Below, piece by piece: positions 41,713 to 54,618 of a stretch of 64,000 nt of DNA. Numbering within the stretch: position 1 is the first letter of the stretch; each line of letters starts with the position of its first letter. The DNA is from the human T2T-CHM13v2.0 reference genome, Homo sapiens. Location of the stretch: NCBI RefSeq assembly GCF_009914755.1, contig NC_060940.1. One strand, 5' to 3'. A program made the position numbers and the translations under genes. The notes below the pieces were generated by a model. The model saw nothing but the letters and a program-made list of their open reading frames with translations. It had not been told where the DNA came from and searched no databases.

Positions 41713-41883
41713 CAGAAGGCTCTTGAGGGCGCTCCTCAAACTGAATGAGATCAGCAGATTGGAGGATAACGGGGTCTGGTCTCAGCTGAGGGGACGGCAG
41801 GCACGAGGGGACAGGCGCACACAGGAGGTCGACGGGGAAGTCGTCGGTCAGGCGGAGAAGCTCCTGCTCTGTGTGACTGGGCC
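41713..41883 (-). CDS. MARF1: MARF1 coding exon, 171 nt ([12 protein letters not shown]...EERPQEPS)
   Basis: cccAG acceptor and G|GTGGGT donor; phase 1-1. Confidence 0.92.
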
Positions 41884-42662
41884 CTGGGCAAACAAGGAGG
41901 GCCGTGACACCACAGGACCTCCACGCCCACCCCCAGCACACACCCTGGGCTCACACCTGAAGTTTTCCTTCTAAGCCTTAAAGATAAGAGAGTCAAGAAG
42001 TATTTAAGGTATTAAAAAAAAAAAAAAAAAAAAAACAAAAACCCAAAACCCACTAACAGGAAGATCCTGGTAATGGAACGCCTTAATAAGCTAGTTCTTC
42101 TGAAGATCCGTGTTCTTAGGAACACTGGCCCCTCAAAAGACCCAACCAGAGAAAAGGGTCCTGCAGTCAGCTTCCAAAGAGAAGGGACAGCCTGAGACGG
42201 GGTGTACGTAGTTAACAGCAAGTGGAAGCTCAGAATCCGAAGCCCTGGGCCTGGTTCCGTGGCTTCCTAGCTGCTGACTCTGGGTGAGCTGTAATACGTG
42301 ACTGCCTGAGATTTCCGAGCCTCCGCTGCACAACGGAGGTCAGCACTGCTGAAGGCTGTGGGGCAGCTTCGGCAGATGATTCCCAGGAGGGCGCTTCATA
42401 AAACGTCAAATGCTGTGTAACTCAGTTATCCTAAGGGCACAGGGGACGGTAACGTGCTATCTCGCCGCATGTTATGAAGACAAAATTCTCACCTATAACG
42501 ATGAATTCAAAAGTCCTTCAGAAAAGTTAGAACTGCTATAACATTCCAAGAATTGGCCTCTATCTACTACAGAGGTGGATCTATCTGAAATCTATGTGAC
42601 TCAGTGTAATTTTGGGTAATATTAATGCATTAGTATATCAAATCCTGCCTAGGGCTGTCCTG

Positions 42663-43025
42663 TGACAAAGACGCCTTGACCAGCCATGAGTCAGGCACCC
42701 TGAGCCCTCTTCCGGATCAGGCCTGACCTTGGCCTTCCATGTCTGTTGCTGAACTTGCCGGCTCGCTCTAGAGTCTTAGCTTGAGTCAGTTTAGTGAGAA
42801 TCCCCTCACCCTTCACAGCTGATCGAATTCCTTATTCCCAACCACTGATGTCTAGATCCTTGGCTGGCCTGCATGCCTATAGCAAGAATCCTCTTAGTAA
42901 TTTTCCACCCACTGAGCCCTCACTCTGCTCCTAGGCTATGTATTGGGAGTTGGCTCTCTCTCCCCTGTTGCAAGTGTCATGAATATCCATTATAATAAGT
43001 GTCGGAATAATTTTTTTCTTCAACA
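42663..43025 (+). mobile_element. MER31-like ERV1 solo LTR in a MARF1 intron
   Basis: tgacaaagac...ccttgacc start and aataattttttctt...aaca end. Confidence 0.6.
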
Positions 43026-43287
43026 TCTGAACTGGGGTAAGATGATCATTATGGGGGTGCCAACATCCTTCAGGGACTTTAACCAGTCAACCATGCAATG
43101 CTAACAGATAAAGGTCAATTTTATCCTGTTACTAACTAAATACCAAAACTGCTTTGAAAAATGTGTGGCTATGTAACTTCAGCAGATTGGATGACTTGCT
43201 GGAGTCCTTTCCCTCGCTCTCCCCGACCCCAAAGCCGTTTCTCCTAGAATTTCACAAGCTCCTATGTCTCTGCTTTTCCTCTCTTAC

Positions 43288-43413
43288 CACTGCCGTCAGC
43301 TCCAAGCTTGAGTTCCGAGGCTGTGTGCGATTCGGGCACCTCCAGGATGCGCTCGCCCTCCGAGGGCTGGTTTTCATGATTGGCAGGGGAGAGACTGAGT
43401 GAACTCAAACGAC
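43288..43413 (-). CDS. MARF1: MARF1 coding exon, 126 nt ([41 protein letters not shown])
   Basis: cctgtAG acceptor and G|GTAAGA donor; phase 1-1. Confidence 0.92.
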
Positions 43414-43500
43414 CTACAGGACAAAGAGCACCCGTCAGAGAGAAATGTCAGTGAGAGAACCGTGATTTTTTAAGGGGGGAGGGGATGGGTGCTTACTTAC

Positions 43501-43561
43501 TTTTCATGTCATTTTTTAACACTACAATTCTCTTATGACCATGTCCTTTTATCCAGACCAC
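43501..43561 (-). CDS. MARF1: MARF1 coding exon, 61 nt ([20 protein letters not shown])
   Basis: tgcAG acceptor and A|GTAAGT donor; followed by an 87-nt intron. Confidence 0.92.
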
Positions 43562-44850
43562 CTGCACACAAGACATACTACTGGTTAAGCAGCGGAAAAG
43601 GAGGGGACAGAAGCCCTAACATTCAGGAAGAGTGTGACCTACGGAGCCTGCCTTAGGCTAGAATTTAGGAGCTGAGTTACTGCCAAGAAGCATGTTTCTC
43701 TACTCTCTCCTTAGCTTTTAAAGCAACAGAAGCTGACAGAAACATACCCCTATAAAAAGCAGAGTAGTTCAAAAATCATGAGACACAGTTTCAGAAATAT
43801 CCTTTATAATTCTTAAAAAGACTGTCTTCCAAACACCAGCTTTGGCATATAAATTAAGGTAGTTCTCACATGAGAGCTCTTTGCCATTTTTTTGCAGAAA
43901 CTGAACAACCACCTAAAAGAATTAAGAGCAATCTCTCAGACCCTTTAAACTAAGTTCATTATCAGCATCTTAAAGTCCTCTCCCTGATGGTGCCGCTCTC
44001 CATCTCAGCCAAGCAGAGTGGTAGTAGTGGAGCTAGGCTCCCAGGCCCCCTACATGTGCACGCCGTCGCCAGGTCACTGATCTCAGCTCCCAGGCAAGCT
44101 TTGCCTGGGTCCTTCCTACTTCCTCTATTCTACTATTTTTACTCTGGCTCAATCCCTCCATCTAACACTGACCCAGACCTCTGCAGTGGCCAGGATCCTA
44201 GCCCAGTTCCCTTCTCCATGCCTGCTTCTCTCGGCTCTACCATGGACAGCACCACTGGGGTGCTTTTCAAATGCAAACCTGGGCTCCAGCTCTCTCCAAC
44301 ACAGTCCTCCCTCCTTACCTGGAGGAGCCACGCCCTCCCTAACCGAGCTCTCAGCTCCCTGTTAGCCTCTCGACACTCCATGCCACTTGTCACAACCCTG
44401 CATCTGCTCATGTCATCATCCCCTTTGCCCAGAATGCTCTCTCCCCTCCTTGTCACGTGCTTCCCTCAGGCACATCCTTGAAGGTTTTGCAACAGGCTCC
44501 CCAGGCTTGGGAAGTGGGCCCTGACACGGCCCTCCTCAGCGCGCCCACTGCCCTGACCGCCCTGACTAGTTGCCTGCTTGGGGGTCTTGACTCTCCCATT
44601 AACCAACACCTTTCTAGAGTTACAGCCTGAAACTTACTCACCTGGCATATAGGGATTTAATAAAGGTTTACAGAAAGAATCAAGGAGAAATGCTAAAATC
44701 ATTTACTTTAGACCAACAGTATGTTTTGAAAGGATCAATTCAAAATGCCTGCCGTTCCATTATTCTGGCAGCATTTTATTTTTCTGTTCAGGACAGTTAG
44801 CCTGTGGCTGTTCAGAAGATGCTCTCCCGGAAGCTGAGAAAAATGCCCAC

Positions 44851-45063
44851 CTGTGGAATTGCTCCCAAGAGCTCCTCCACGCTGCTGTGGCCGTAGGTCT
44901 TGGGCTGCAGAGTTTCTCCGACATACTTGGTATAGGCCATGGAAAACTCATGAAGGAAAATCTGCTGGTAGTGGTAAGTATGAAGTAAAGACCGCACATT
45001 CTTTGCAAACAAATACAGACTTGTGAGCTTCACACATTCTTCCATCTTATCATTAGTGAAAAC
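44851..45063 (-). CDS. MARF1: MARF1 coding exon, 213 nt, LOTUS repeat ([13 protein letters not shown]...LLGAIPQ)
   Basis: taaccAG acceptor and CAG|GTGGGC donor; phase 0-0. Confidence 0.94.
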
Positions 45064-45158
45064 CTGGTTAAAAAGAAAACGCAGCATTAGAAATATTAGT
45101 GACTGGCCCTGCCCCGTGGAAAGTGAAGGCCTCCCACTGAGGGAAAAGGCCCAGAGTT

Positions 45159-45543
45159 GAAGACGAAGACAAAGAAGAAAAAGAAGGCAACGAAGATGAG
45201 AAGATGAAGATGAAGAAGGAGACAAAGATGACGAAGAAGAAGGAGACGACAAAGATAAAGAAGACAACAACAAAGAAGATGAAGACAAAGACGACGAGAC
45301 AAAAACGAAGATAAAGACGACAAAGATGAAGACAAAGAACAAGAAGACGAAGACAAGACGAAGACGACGATGAAGAAGACGAAGACGACGATAAAGAAGA
45401 CGAAGACGACGAATTGGACAAAGACAAAGATGAAGAAGATGAAGATGACAAAAAAGACAAAGAAGAAGAAAGGAGGAGGAGGAAGGAAAGAAGGAGGGAG
45501 GCAGAGAGGAAAGAAGGAAGAGGAGAAAGAAAAGGAGGAGGGA
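45159..45543. repeat. Degenerate GAA/GAC/GAT/AAA triplet polypurine tract ending in (GGA/GAA)n
   Basis: Seen directly; strong purine strand bias with many retained CpGs. Confidence 0.95.
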
Positions 45544-46757
45544 TATATTCAAGGATTTCCTCCAAGAGAAGGCTATAGCCTCCAGCAAACTTCAGTTCTA
45601 TTTGCAAGTCGAAGGCTGCAGCGGTCTGAAGAGACAGTGTGTGAGTAGGGAAGAAATCGGGGGAGGCAAACTGTGTTGGCAAATCACGGTACACACAGTG
45701 AACACTGGGGCCATTAAACTGCACCTCCAAACCAGTTTTCCAAGAAACACTGTGATAAGAGGATGACACTAGCATTCTTTAAAAACACATCAAAAGCAAC
45801 AAGAAACAAACACAAAACCCTTGTGTATGCAGGGTAAGGAAGCAGATTTCTTTACCACAAACCTTTTCAAAGTGTTTAACATGCTATGGAATCGCCAAGA
45901 GAAAGGATATTCCCAATCTTAGCTGGACAGGGAAAGTCCTTTGTCCTGAAATATGCATTAACACCTGTCCAGAACTGGTGTTCTTAGGATAGATATTAAC
46001 AGAGTTTAGAAAATGCTGGATGTATATCCTTTCATTATTTAATGATGTGTCCCACAGTTAGATGATAATGGCATATCATTCTTTTAAATTGCTGGAGCTC
46101 ATTTGTTAATATCTTATTTAGGATCATTTTAAGGGACTATCTTATGTTTTTGGTATTAAATTTATTTTGGCTTCGTAAAAATAAATGGTAAGCTTTCCTT
46201 TTTTCTTTTTCAGCAGCCTAGAACAGTATTTTTTTTCTTGGGGATGGGTTCTTGCTATGTTGCCCAGGCTGGCCTCAAACTCCTGGGCTCAAGTGATTCT
46301 CTAGCCTCAGCCTTCTTAGTAGCTGGGATTATAGACGTGTACCACCTTGCCGGGCCCCAGAATGGTTTTTTAAAAGGTAGATTTATCTGTTCTTTTAGGG
46401 TTGGTTGAAATTCAATTGTTATCTCACTTGGTCCTGATGCCTTTTTCACTGGTATATTTCAGTGATCTTTTATAGTCTCTTTTATGGTAATTGGTCTAAT
46501 TTTTAACTTCTTGAGTGAATTTTGGTAACTTATTTTTTCCAGGATTTCATTTATTTACTCTAGGTTTTTATATCTGTCGCCCGAGAATTGCATGCAGTAT
46601 TCTCTTAAGATTCTCTCAATCTTGGAGCGCCATTCTTGAAAGGCTGCCAGGGGGAACTGGCTGGCCAACCTTCCTTTCTGCCCTCACCTTACTCATCTCT
46701 CTCTTCAAGCCACCACATAAACCATCTCATTCAGAAAGATAAAACAGTAGCGAAATC

Positions 46758-46867
46758 CATCCTGGAATGGGACAAACACACCCCAGAGCCAGGATCAGGA
46801 GACCAGGCTTTCATCCTAGAACGGGACAAACACACCCCAGTGCCAGGATGAGGAGACCAGGCTTTCA
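46758..46867. repeat. 54-bp tandem duplication
   Basis: catcctggaatgggacaaacacacc...ggcttt present twice with 4 mismatches. Confidence 0.9.
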
Positions 46868-47051
46868 CTGGCTTCTGCCACCCATTTAGGCAGGGCTGCT
46901 TCACTGCCTGAGGTCTCGGCGTGTTCATCCATGAAATGGTCTCTCGGGTCCCTTCCAGCTCTACACACTCTAATCTAGACCATCAGGTAATCCGGAAATG
47001 CCCAATCGATAGTTTTCAATGATAGTTCTAAAGAGCCATTAACGTGCCTAC

Positions 47052-47282
47052 CTCAACCAAGTATGGCAGGCTCTTCAGCAGTTCGGTCAAGGTCATGAAT
47101 CCATATTCACAGGGGTTAAGGGGAGTGTTGTGGGTACTTTCGTAATGTCTCTTGAGCTCCTCAACAGAAAGATGGGTGGTTCCTTCCCAAGACATCAACA
47201 ATACCAGCAACTGGGCAGTGAGAGATCGCAGAGACTTTCGGTTGATCAGCTGAATCTGTCTGCCAGATTCTATATCGGCAAC
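47052..47282 (-). CDS. MARF1: MARF1 coding exon, 231 nt, LOTUS repeat ([12 protein letters not shown]...[10 protein letters not shown])
   Basis: ttttccccAG acceptor and GAG|GTAGGC donor; phase 0-0. Confidence 0.95.
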
Positions 47283-50119
47283 CTGGGGAAAACGAGAATT
47301 CACACTTTTCAGAGCTCAAGAGAGACACCCTAGGTTATACCCAACTCAGCTCACTTCATTTTGGTTAATGAGACCAACAGATGAAAAATCTCTAATTTTT
47401 TTCTCTTACACTGAAATAAAGCAAGTGGGTTTGTTTTTAGCGTCTTTGGGACACCAGACCAACATGGAAGCAGAAACTGTCCTCCCCCTGCCGGTCCATA
47501 ACTGAAAACTCTCAACAAGATAATAATGGGGGAGGAAATTGCATCATTCTCTTTATTTTTCATTCATTCTTTCCAAACCCCACTATAAGAAGGACACAGA
47601 CTGGCCAGCTGATGGCCAGTGGTCCAAGCTTGTGAAGTGTGGGTTGCTGTGCTCGAAGGGGGGTAGGGATGGGGAGGCTAGACTCTAAGCAACACTCACA
47701 TGGCTTCTGTGCAGACCCGACTTGCCCATATGCGTCCCCAGGGCGGGCTGGGGAGGTGAGAGAGGGCCTACTCTGATTACAAGGCAAGCTGCATTTTTCT
47801 AGTCTGCTATTACTCACCACAAAGCTGGTATTTTCATCTGACTAGTAACTGTCCACTCCTCAATTATTTCAGATTCTCAAGGAGATAAAGGGTTTAAGCG
47901 GTTAAATGCGCTGAGAGGGAAACCTTACAAAAAAGACAGAGATTGTCACTTGGGGACCAAACACCATGTGAAGAAACACGCATCTGGTGACTGAGCCAGC
48001 AGGCTGTGGGTGGCGAGGGTGAGGCTGTGGCGTGAGCCTTTCCTGGCACAAAAACAGGCAGAGCTTTGGCACACACACGGCTCCGGCACTGCTCTCACAA
48101 ACCAATGCTCATCCTGACAGCTTGTTTGCCCCCTTTATCTGGTTTTCCTGCCAGGGCCAAAGGTCTTGGCAGGGCTAAGTCACCACAAGTTGGCACTCTT
48201 TGGACCGTGGATTCTGAGAGGCAGAGAGAGGTGGGTGGCACTTGAGGAGCCATCCCAAGACCAGGGCATCTTTATCTGGTTCTGACATGTGCCCAGAGCC
48301 AAGGCAGGAGGGAGGCTGGCAGGGTCCCACCCTACTTATCATGATTATGGGACTGTATAGATTTCCTCCTCAGAAGCGGGTTTAATCAACCAACCGATAC
48401 AAGTCCAGGGGATCCCAGTCATCTTAGCCACCCAGACCCCCACCATCACTACAGCTGCTTAGGAAAGAAACCAAACCAGAGCCTGCTCCTCTGGTGCGAC
48501 TTGGATCCATCCCTTGATTCTCAATCCCGGCTATGCATTAGAATTGCCTGGGGAGCTTTTAAAAACACCAATGCTCAGAGTGTGCTGGGACTAATTCTAT
48601 AAGAATCTGAGAGGTAAGGTTGGAGAAGCTCCCAGGAGACCCAGTGGGCAGCCAGGGAGGCACCACGGAGCCTCTCTCAGCTCTCCCCATTCTTGCTGCT
48701 CACACCCCAGCTGCCCACCCATCACACTCACCCAGCAAAGCCCTAGGTCATGGCGTGGGGTCTTCCTATCCACCTGAGTCCACCCCTTTCATCATCCTGG
48801 GCAACTGAACACCCAGGGACCTGTCCCACACCACAGCCGTATAGCCTTTCAATGCCTTGCCTCTGTCATCTCCGACGACATCCTCCTGTGTTCAATTTCA
48901 CTGCAGACACCCATCTCCAGGGTCACAGTGCAAACCTGTCATTACCCCATCCAACATAAATCATTCAAACCTCCTGAGCATCCCACTTGCAAAAGCAAGT
49001 CTGGAGCTGCTGTTGGGGTGGGAGTGCAGAAAGAGACTCTACCCGCTCAACTCCGCCCCTTCTCAAACCTCAGCAGCATCACTGCCTCCTATCTGCTCCC
49101 AATTTGCCAGCCCACTCCCTTGCTTCACTCTCCTCTTTTGTCATGCTGGCACTGACATTCTTGTCAATATTTAAATTCGCTCATCCCATGCCTTTTCCTG
49201 ACGCCCATCGGTAAACTCCCACCTTGAATCCAACCACCTGCTTTCCCTGAACCGACACCTGCATAGCCACACCCCAACTGCTGCTCTCCCAGAGTCTACG
49301 GTGCCAACTTGCAGTGAGCTCTCGATACCCCTGCACTCCACGTGACATCCTGATCAAGCCACTCTCCACTCACCATGACAACTGTGGACCTTCTCCCCAC
49401 TCCTAAGTCCTGAGCCCTGCCTCTCCTCTCTCTCTCTAAGCAGAGATCAGTCCCTCTCTCTAGTGGAAAACCACTCTTGGAAGAGGACTCCCTTCTATTC
49501 CTGATGATAAACATCAGACCTGCCCATGCCTGCCCCCAGCCTATTGCCCTGTATACTTCCTCCTTCCTCTGTGTGCTGTTTCCTAGTCTCCCACACCTCA
49601 AGGCCCTCCTGTCTTACCCCTTCTCGCCCTTGTATGTTCATCTTCTCTCTCTAGACAGATCCACATCAATGGCTTTCAGACATGCTCAAGTTTTTCCAGG
49701 TAGGAAAACCAACAGCCCAAATCCTCCCTTGCTCCCTCAGCCCCACAGCCTCTAGCTGCTGCCACAGCCCTCCATCTTCACAAGCAGACAAACCAGGATG
49801 CTGTCCAGATGACCTGGGCCATTTTCTCACCTCTCCTCACTCCTCACCACACTCCAAGGTGGCTTCTGTCTACACAACCAACACTGCCACTGACCTGGCC
49901 AGCAGCACCGACTCTTCCCACTGAGCTAAACCTGGAAGTCAGGCAGTCCCTCTCTGACCAGCCCTCCTGCGATGCTGCTGGCCATTCCTCTGCCTTGGCT
50001 CAGGGATGTTCGGCTCTCCTGGTTGTGCTTCCTGCTCTCTCACCTCCTCCTCCAACCAATCAGTACCTAAGGAGAGCTCTGAGCGTTCCTACCTCTGCCA
50101 AGGTAAGAACGTCTTCTTA

Positions 50120-50551
<432 letters not shown>

Positions 50552-51174
50552 TCATGCTTCCCTTTCCATTCCTTCCTCCTGGCAGTGACTTCTTCTGGTC
50601 CTGTGGGGGAGGAGGCCGAAAACTGGCAGCTGCTCTGCCTAGGACAGGAAGGGTCAAGTGCAGTCCAGGACAGCAAACAGCACGAGCTGCCCTCTCTACT
50701 ACAGCTCTGCCAGTGACAAAGGCCACTCTGCACCCTCGCTTGCTCCTAAGCCTACTCCTAAGTGGGTGAGAATGTGGAGGGAGAGGACACTGTGTGATTA
50801 CGGGCTCCCAAGAACGTCACAGGCAAAACTCACACTGGAAGGAGTCAAGCTCAGGCCAGCAGTGCTGAGGCAGCTGCACCTCATGACCGAACCCTGGGGT
50901 GAAGAGTGACCTCATCAGTTCACAAAGGCATTGCTTTGGCAAGGCCATTCAGAAACACACAAGAGGAAGACCAAAACTCTCAACTTCCAAACCAAGGCTT
51001 CTATTACCTAATAAGCACTAATGACACAAAACGAGTCATAATGCTGTGACAGTTAAGTAGCTCAAGGTGTAAATAAAGAAACGCTATAGCACACGCAAAC
51101 GTCCTAATGAGAATTAGGTCACTGTGAGTTTTATCCCATGAGGGAAAAAAAAAAAAAAAAAAAAAAACATTTAC

Positions 51175-51402
51175 CTTCACGACATGGCAGAGTTTCTGAG
51201 TTAAAGCCGAAATGGAACTGACATCATAGTCTTGGAGACGAAATGTATAACCAAAAGTTTTAGCATATTCTGTAAGGAGATCTGTCATCATAAGGCAGTT
51301 ATCTTTTTGGGACCGAAGGAGTTTAACAAACTGGGCAGCTAGAGCTTTGAACCGCTCCACCTCTGTCAGAGTAAGGATCTTTTCTTCTCCACATTCCAAT
51401 AC
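51175..51402 (-). CDS. MARF1: MARF1 coding exon, 228 nt, LOTUS repeat ([12 protein letters not shown]...QKLCHVVK)
   Basis: ttttcaaAG acceptor and AAG|GTAAAT donor; phase 0-0. Confidence 0.94.
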
Positions 51403-52406
51403 CTTTGAAAACACACGGGGGGAGGAAAGGGAAAATAAACAAATCACGGGTGTTTACAGAATAGCAAAAAAAGTATGCAGCTAGTAATGAAAAAACAAGT
51501 CAGCGTTACTGAATGGGTATAAAGTTTCAGTTGTGTAAGATGAAAAAGTTCAGAAGATCGGTTGCATAACAATGTGAATGTGCTGACCACTACTGGACAG
51601 GAGATATAAAGATAGTTACGAAGGTAAGTTCTATGTTATGTGTATTGTGCCACAATAAAACAATTTTTAAAAAGCACTTCAGTAGTAAAAAAAGAAAATA
51701 AAATCAACAACAGAAATTTGGTTTAACTTAGCAACAGCGAACAGCTTAGCACTGATGTTACCTCATGTACTCAGACCTACCTTCAACACGAAGGATTTTA
51801 AAAGTATAAAAGTAATGAACAAATATTCAGTGTAAGAAATCAGCAGGTGTGGTGGCTCACGCCTGTAATCCCAGCACTCTGGGAGGCTGAGACAGGCGGA
51901 TCAACTGAGGTCAGGAGCTCAAGACCAGCCTGGCCAACGTGGTGAAACACCATCTCTACTAAAAATAGAAAAATTAGCTGGGCATGGTGGCGGGCACCTG
52001 TAATCCCCAGCTACTCGGGAGGTTGAGGCAAGTGAACTGCTTGAACCCGCAGGCGGAGGTTGCAGTGAGCCAAGATTGCGCCATTGCACTCCAGCCTGGG
52101 CGACAAGAAAGAAACTCCGTCTCAAAAAACAAAAACAAACAAACAAAAAAAAGAAAACCTACTGAATCTTTTTTTCAATAATTACCCCCAAAACAAGTTT
52201 GAATAATCCTTTATTGAAGGAAAAAGCCATATTTATCTAAAAATACTAATGAGTCAGGAATATGGCTTCTCTGACTGGAATAGCTTAGATTTTCATCCTC
52301 TTTCGTAACTCCCTACTTCCCAGAAAAACAGGTCTGGAACGTGAAAAAGTATTTCCTATACGTTGTTCAGAAAAATACTTTATAAAATTAGAATTTCTTC
52401 ACTCAC

Positions 52407-52609
52407 TTGTAAAGTATCAGGTATGGCTTCAAAAAGTTCAAGTAGTTTGGTAAACCCATAGTACGCAAGTTTGCACTGCCGGCCAAAGTGGTGATGGTAA
52501 GAAGGGATAAATTTATTAAAGGGCATCCGGAAATGGGGTTGGTGACGCAGCAAATCAACGACATCCTTGGAGAACTGTTTTGTCCTTTCTATTTCATCCT
52601 GAGTGCGTT
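52407..52609 (-). CDS. MARF1: MARF1 coding exon, 203 nt, LOTUS repeat ([13 protein letters not shown]...EAIPDTLQ)
   Basis: tttttaaaAG acceptor and CAA|GTGAGT donor; YHHHFGRQ and YGF LOTUS motifs. Confidence 0.95.
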
Positions 52610-53228
52610 CTTTTAAAAAAACCAAAAAACATAAAATCACAGTTTTTTTCTACCCATTTGTGTTCAACATCCACACTAGAGTAAATCCTTTTGGGAATTT
52701 ATAAACGATATCATCCTTGCCTTCCAAACACACACAACCTAAAACAAACACATATACTCTTCCCTCTTTGCAAGTGGTTCTCAAACATGTTCCAGGGCAG
52801 AACACCAGGAAGTTATGATATTATTATATTATGAAATTCATATATATTCATCTTATAAGCTAGAAACAATGTCATCTTATAAGCTAGAAACAATTTTCTA
52901 GCCCCTGCCCCATATCTATTAACATGACACACACCCAGGTCCCTGTACTTAAGCAAGTACTCTAGAAATTATTCCCATGAAATCACGCTTCTGAATATCC
53001 CCACTTTTTTTGTTTATTCATCTGATCTTCAGTTAAAACTTGCTAGCAGAAGAGAGAATCAGGCTTCAAAAGTTGAACAAAAATAAACAGGAGGGAAAGC
53101 TTAAGCTGAGATTGTTTCTATTAATTTTTAAGTGAGAATGGGCCCTGGAATTCTATGATTTCATGGACATCAATGTTCTGCAGGAGCACCGTTTAAGAAC
53201 CAGATAATAGAAGGAGGATACGACCATA

Positions 53229-53430
53229 CAGTCACCCCTTGGTGTTCTCAAGGGATCGGGTCCAGGACCCTGCCTGGATACCAAAATCCGCACCTACTCA
53301 AGTCTTGCGGTCTGCCCCGCGGAAACTGCAGACACGAAAAATTGGCCCCCAGTATCCATGAGTTTCGCATCCCTCAAATACTGTACTTTCTACCCGTAAC
53401 TGGACCTGTGCAGTTCTGACTTCAACTATT
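53229..53430. mobile_element. MER2-like Tigger-family DNA transposon fragment
   Basis: TA-cagtcaccccttggt terminus. Confidence 0.6.
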
Positions 53431-53858
53431 AAAATTTGAAAGGCAAAAGAAAAAAAAACATTCGAGTTGTCTTCCCTTCTCAAGTGTGCACAGTAAATAA
53501 AGTAGCTCAGAGTTCAACAGAAGAGCAAAGCCAACAGGCACGGTGACAGATTCTCAACTGGATGACTAAGGCTCATGTAGCCACAGCCAGGCTGCAGAAG
53601 GCATTTGAGCAAAGTGCTGATGATGCCCCTTTTTCCCCTTAGAGTCAATTCTAAAAAGCCAGCCTGCTTTTGTTCTTGAGAACAGCTTCACCTACTTTGA
53701 AGAACACAGAATCCAAAGAGCAGCAGTTTTCACACTGTGCTTTCTGTGGAATCTTCAGGAAGCACGGACAGGGAGGGAAAACCACATCTTCCATGCCACA
53801 CTATGTTAAAATAACAGGAGATAGACAATATCCTTCCAGCAAATGTTAAGTCACATAC

Positions 53859-53992
53859 CTCTTTTGGGGATACAAATCACCATTTCATTATCTTGTTGGG
53901 ACAAGCAGATGGTTGTGTCTGGAATCTCTGATACGATGTCAATCAACTCACAAACACCATATTCAGTGACATCCCAGTCCTTTGAGAAACAC
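53859..53992 (-). CDS. MARF1: MARF1 coding exon, 134 nt ([16 protein letters not shown]...ICIPKR)
   Basis: cctAG acceptor and G|GTATGT donor; phase 2-1. Confidence 0.93.
53914..53979 (-). ncRNA. MIR6506: MIR6506 precursor embedded in a MARF1 coding exon
   Basis: 66-nt sequence GACTGGGATGTCACTGAATATGGT...TCGTATCAGAGATTCCAGACACA matches my recollection of hsa-mir-6506; the arms are partly complementary. Confidence 0.7.
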
Positions 53993-54475
53993 CTAGGTTT
54001 TAACAACGGAAGTGGATACGGAATGAGTAGTATCATCGGTAGAAGAACTACAAGTTTTCCGGCCGGGCGCTGGGGCTCACGCCTGTAATCCCAGCACTTT
54101 GGGAGGCCGAGGTGGACGGATCACGAGGTCAAGAGATCGCGACCATCCTGGCTAACATGGTGAAACCCCGTCTCTACTAAAAAATAGAAAAAATAAGCCG
54201 GGTGTGGTGGCGGGCGCCTGTAGTCCCAGCTACTCTGGAGGCTGAGGCAGGACAACGGCATAAACCCGGGAGGCGGAGCTTGCAGTGAGCCAAGATCGTG
54301 CCACTGGGCGACAGAGCGAGACTCCGTCTCAAAAAAAAAAAAAAAAAAACAAAAAACTACTACAAGTTTTCCAAAAGAATGCTTAATAGAAATACTAGAT
54401 AACTATTTAGAGTTTGGCAGAAGATAAAATGTCCTAAAATATTTACTTTCATTTCTGTTCTTTTCATCAACTCAC

Positions 54476-54618
54476 CAGTGATAAGCCTGTGAGAATTCTC
54501 TCACAATGACCTGTTTGCTGGCCTGGGATTTGAGAAGTTTTAGTAAATCCTGAGTAAAGCGCTTCACCTGGGCCCTGTGGGTAAGGGTCAGCAGACGTTT
54601 GGAGCCCATTCCAAGAAT
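54476..54618 (-). CDS. MARF1: MARF1 coding exon, 143 nt ([12 protein letters not shown]...FSQAYH)
   Basis: tttgcAG acceptor and TG|GTGAGT donor; phase 0-2. Confidence 0.93.

Noticed and set aside
43987-44481. 164-aa ORF in a MARF1 intron
   Set aside because: Pro/Ser/Leu-rich translation of degenerate L2-like sequence with no exon support
45370-45648. K/T/E-rich + strand ORF
   Set aside because: Product of the low-complexity purine tract; no promoter or splice support on +
52610-53858. Possible U12-type intron (GTAT donor, A-rich acceptor)
   Set aside because: The donor is GTATGT, not GTATCCTT, and no U12 branch consensus is seen
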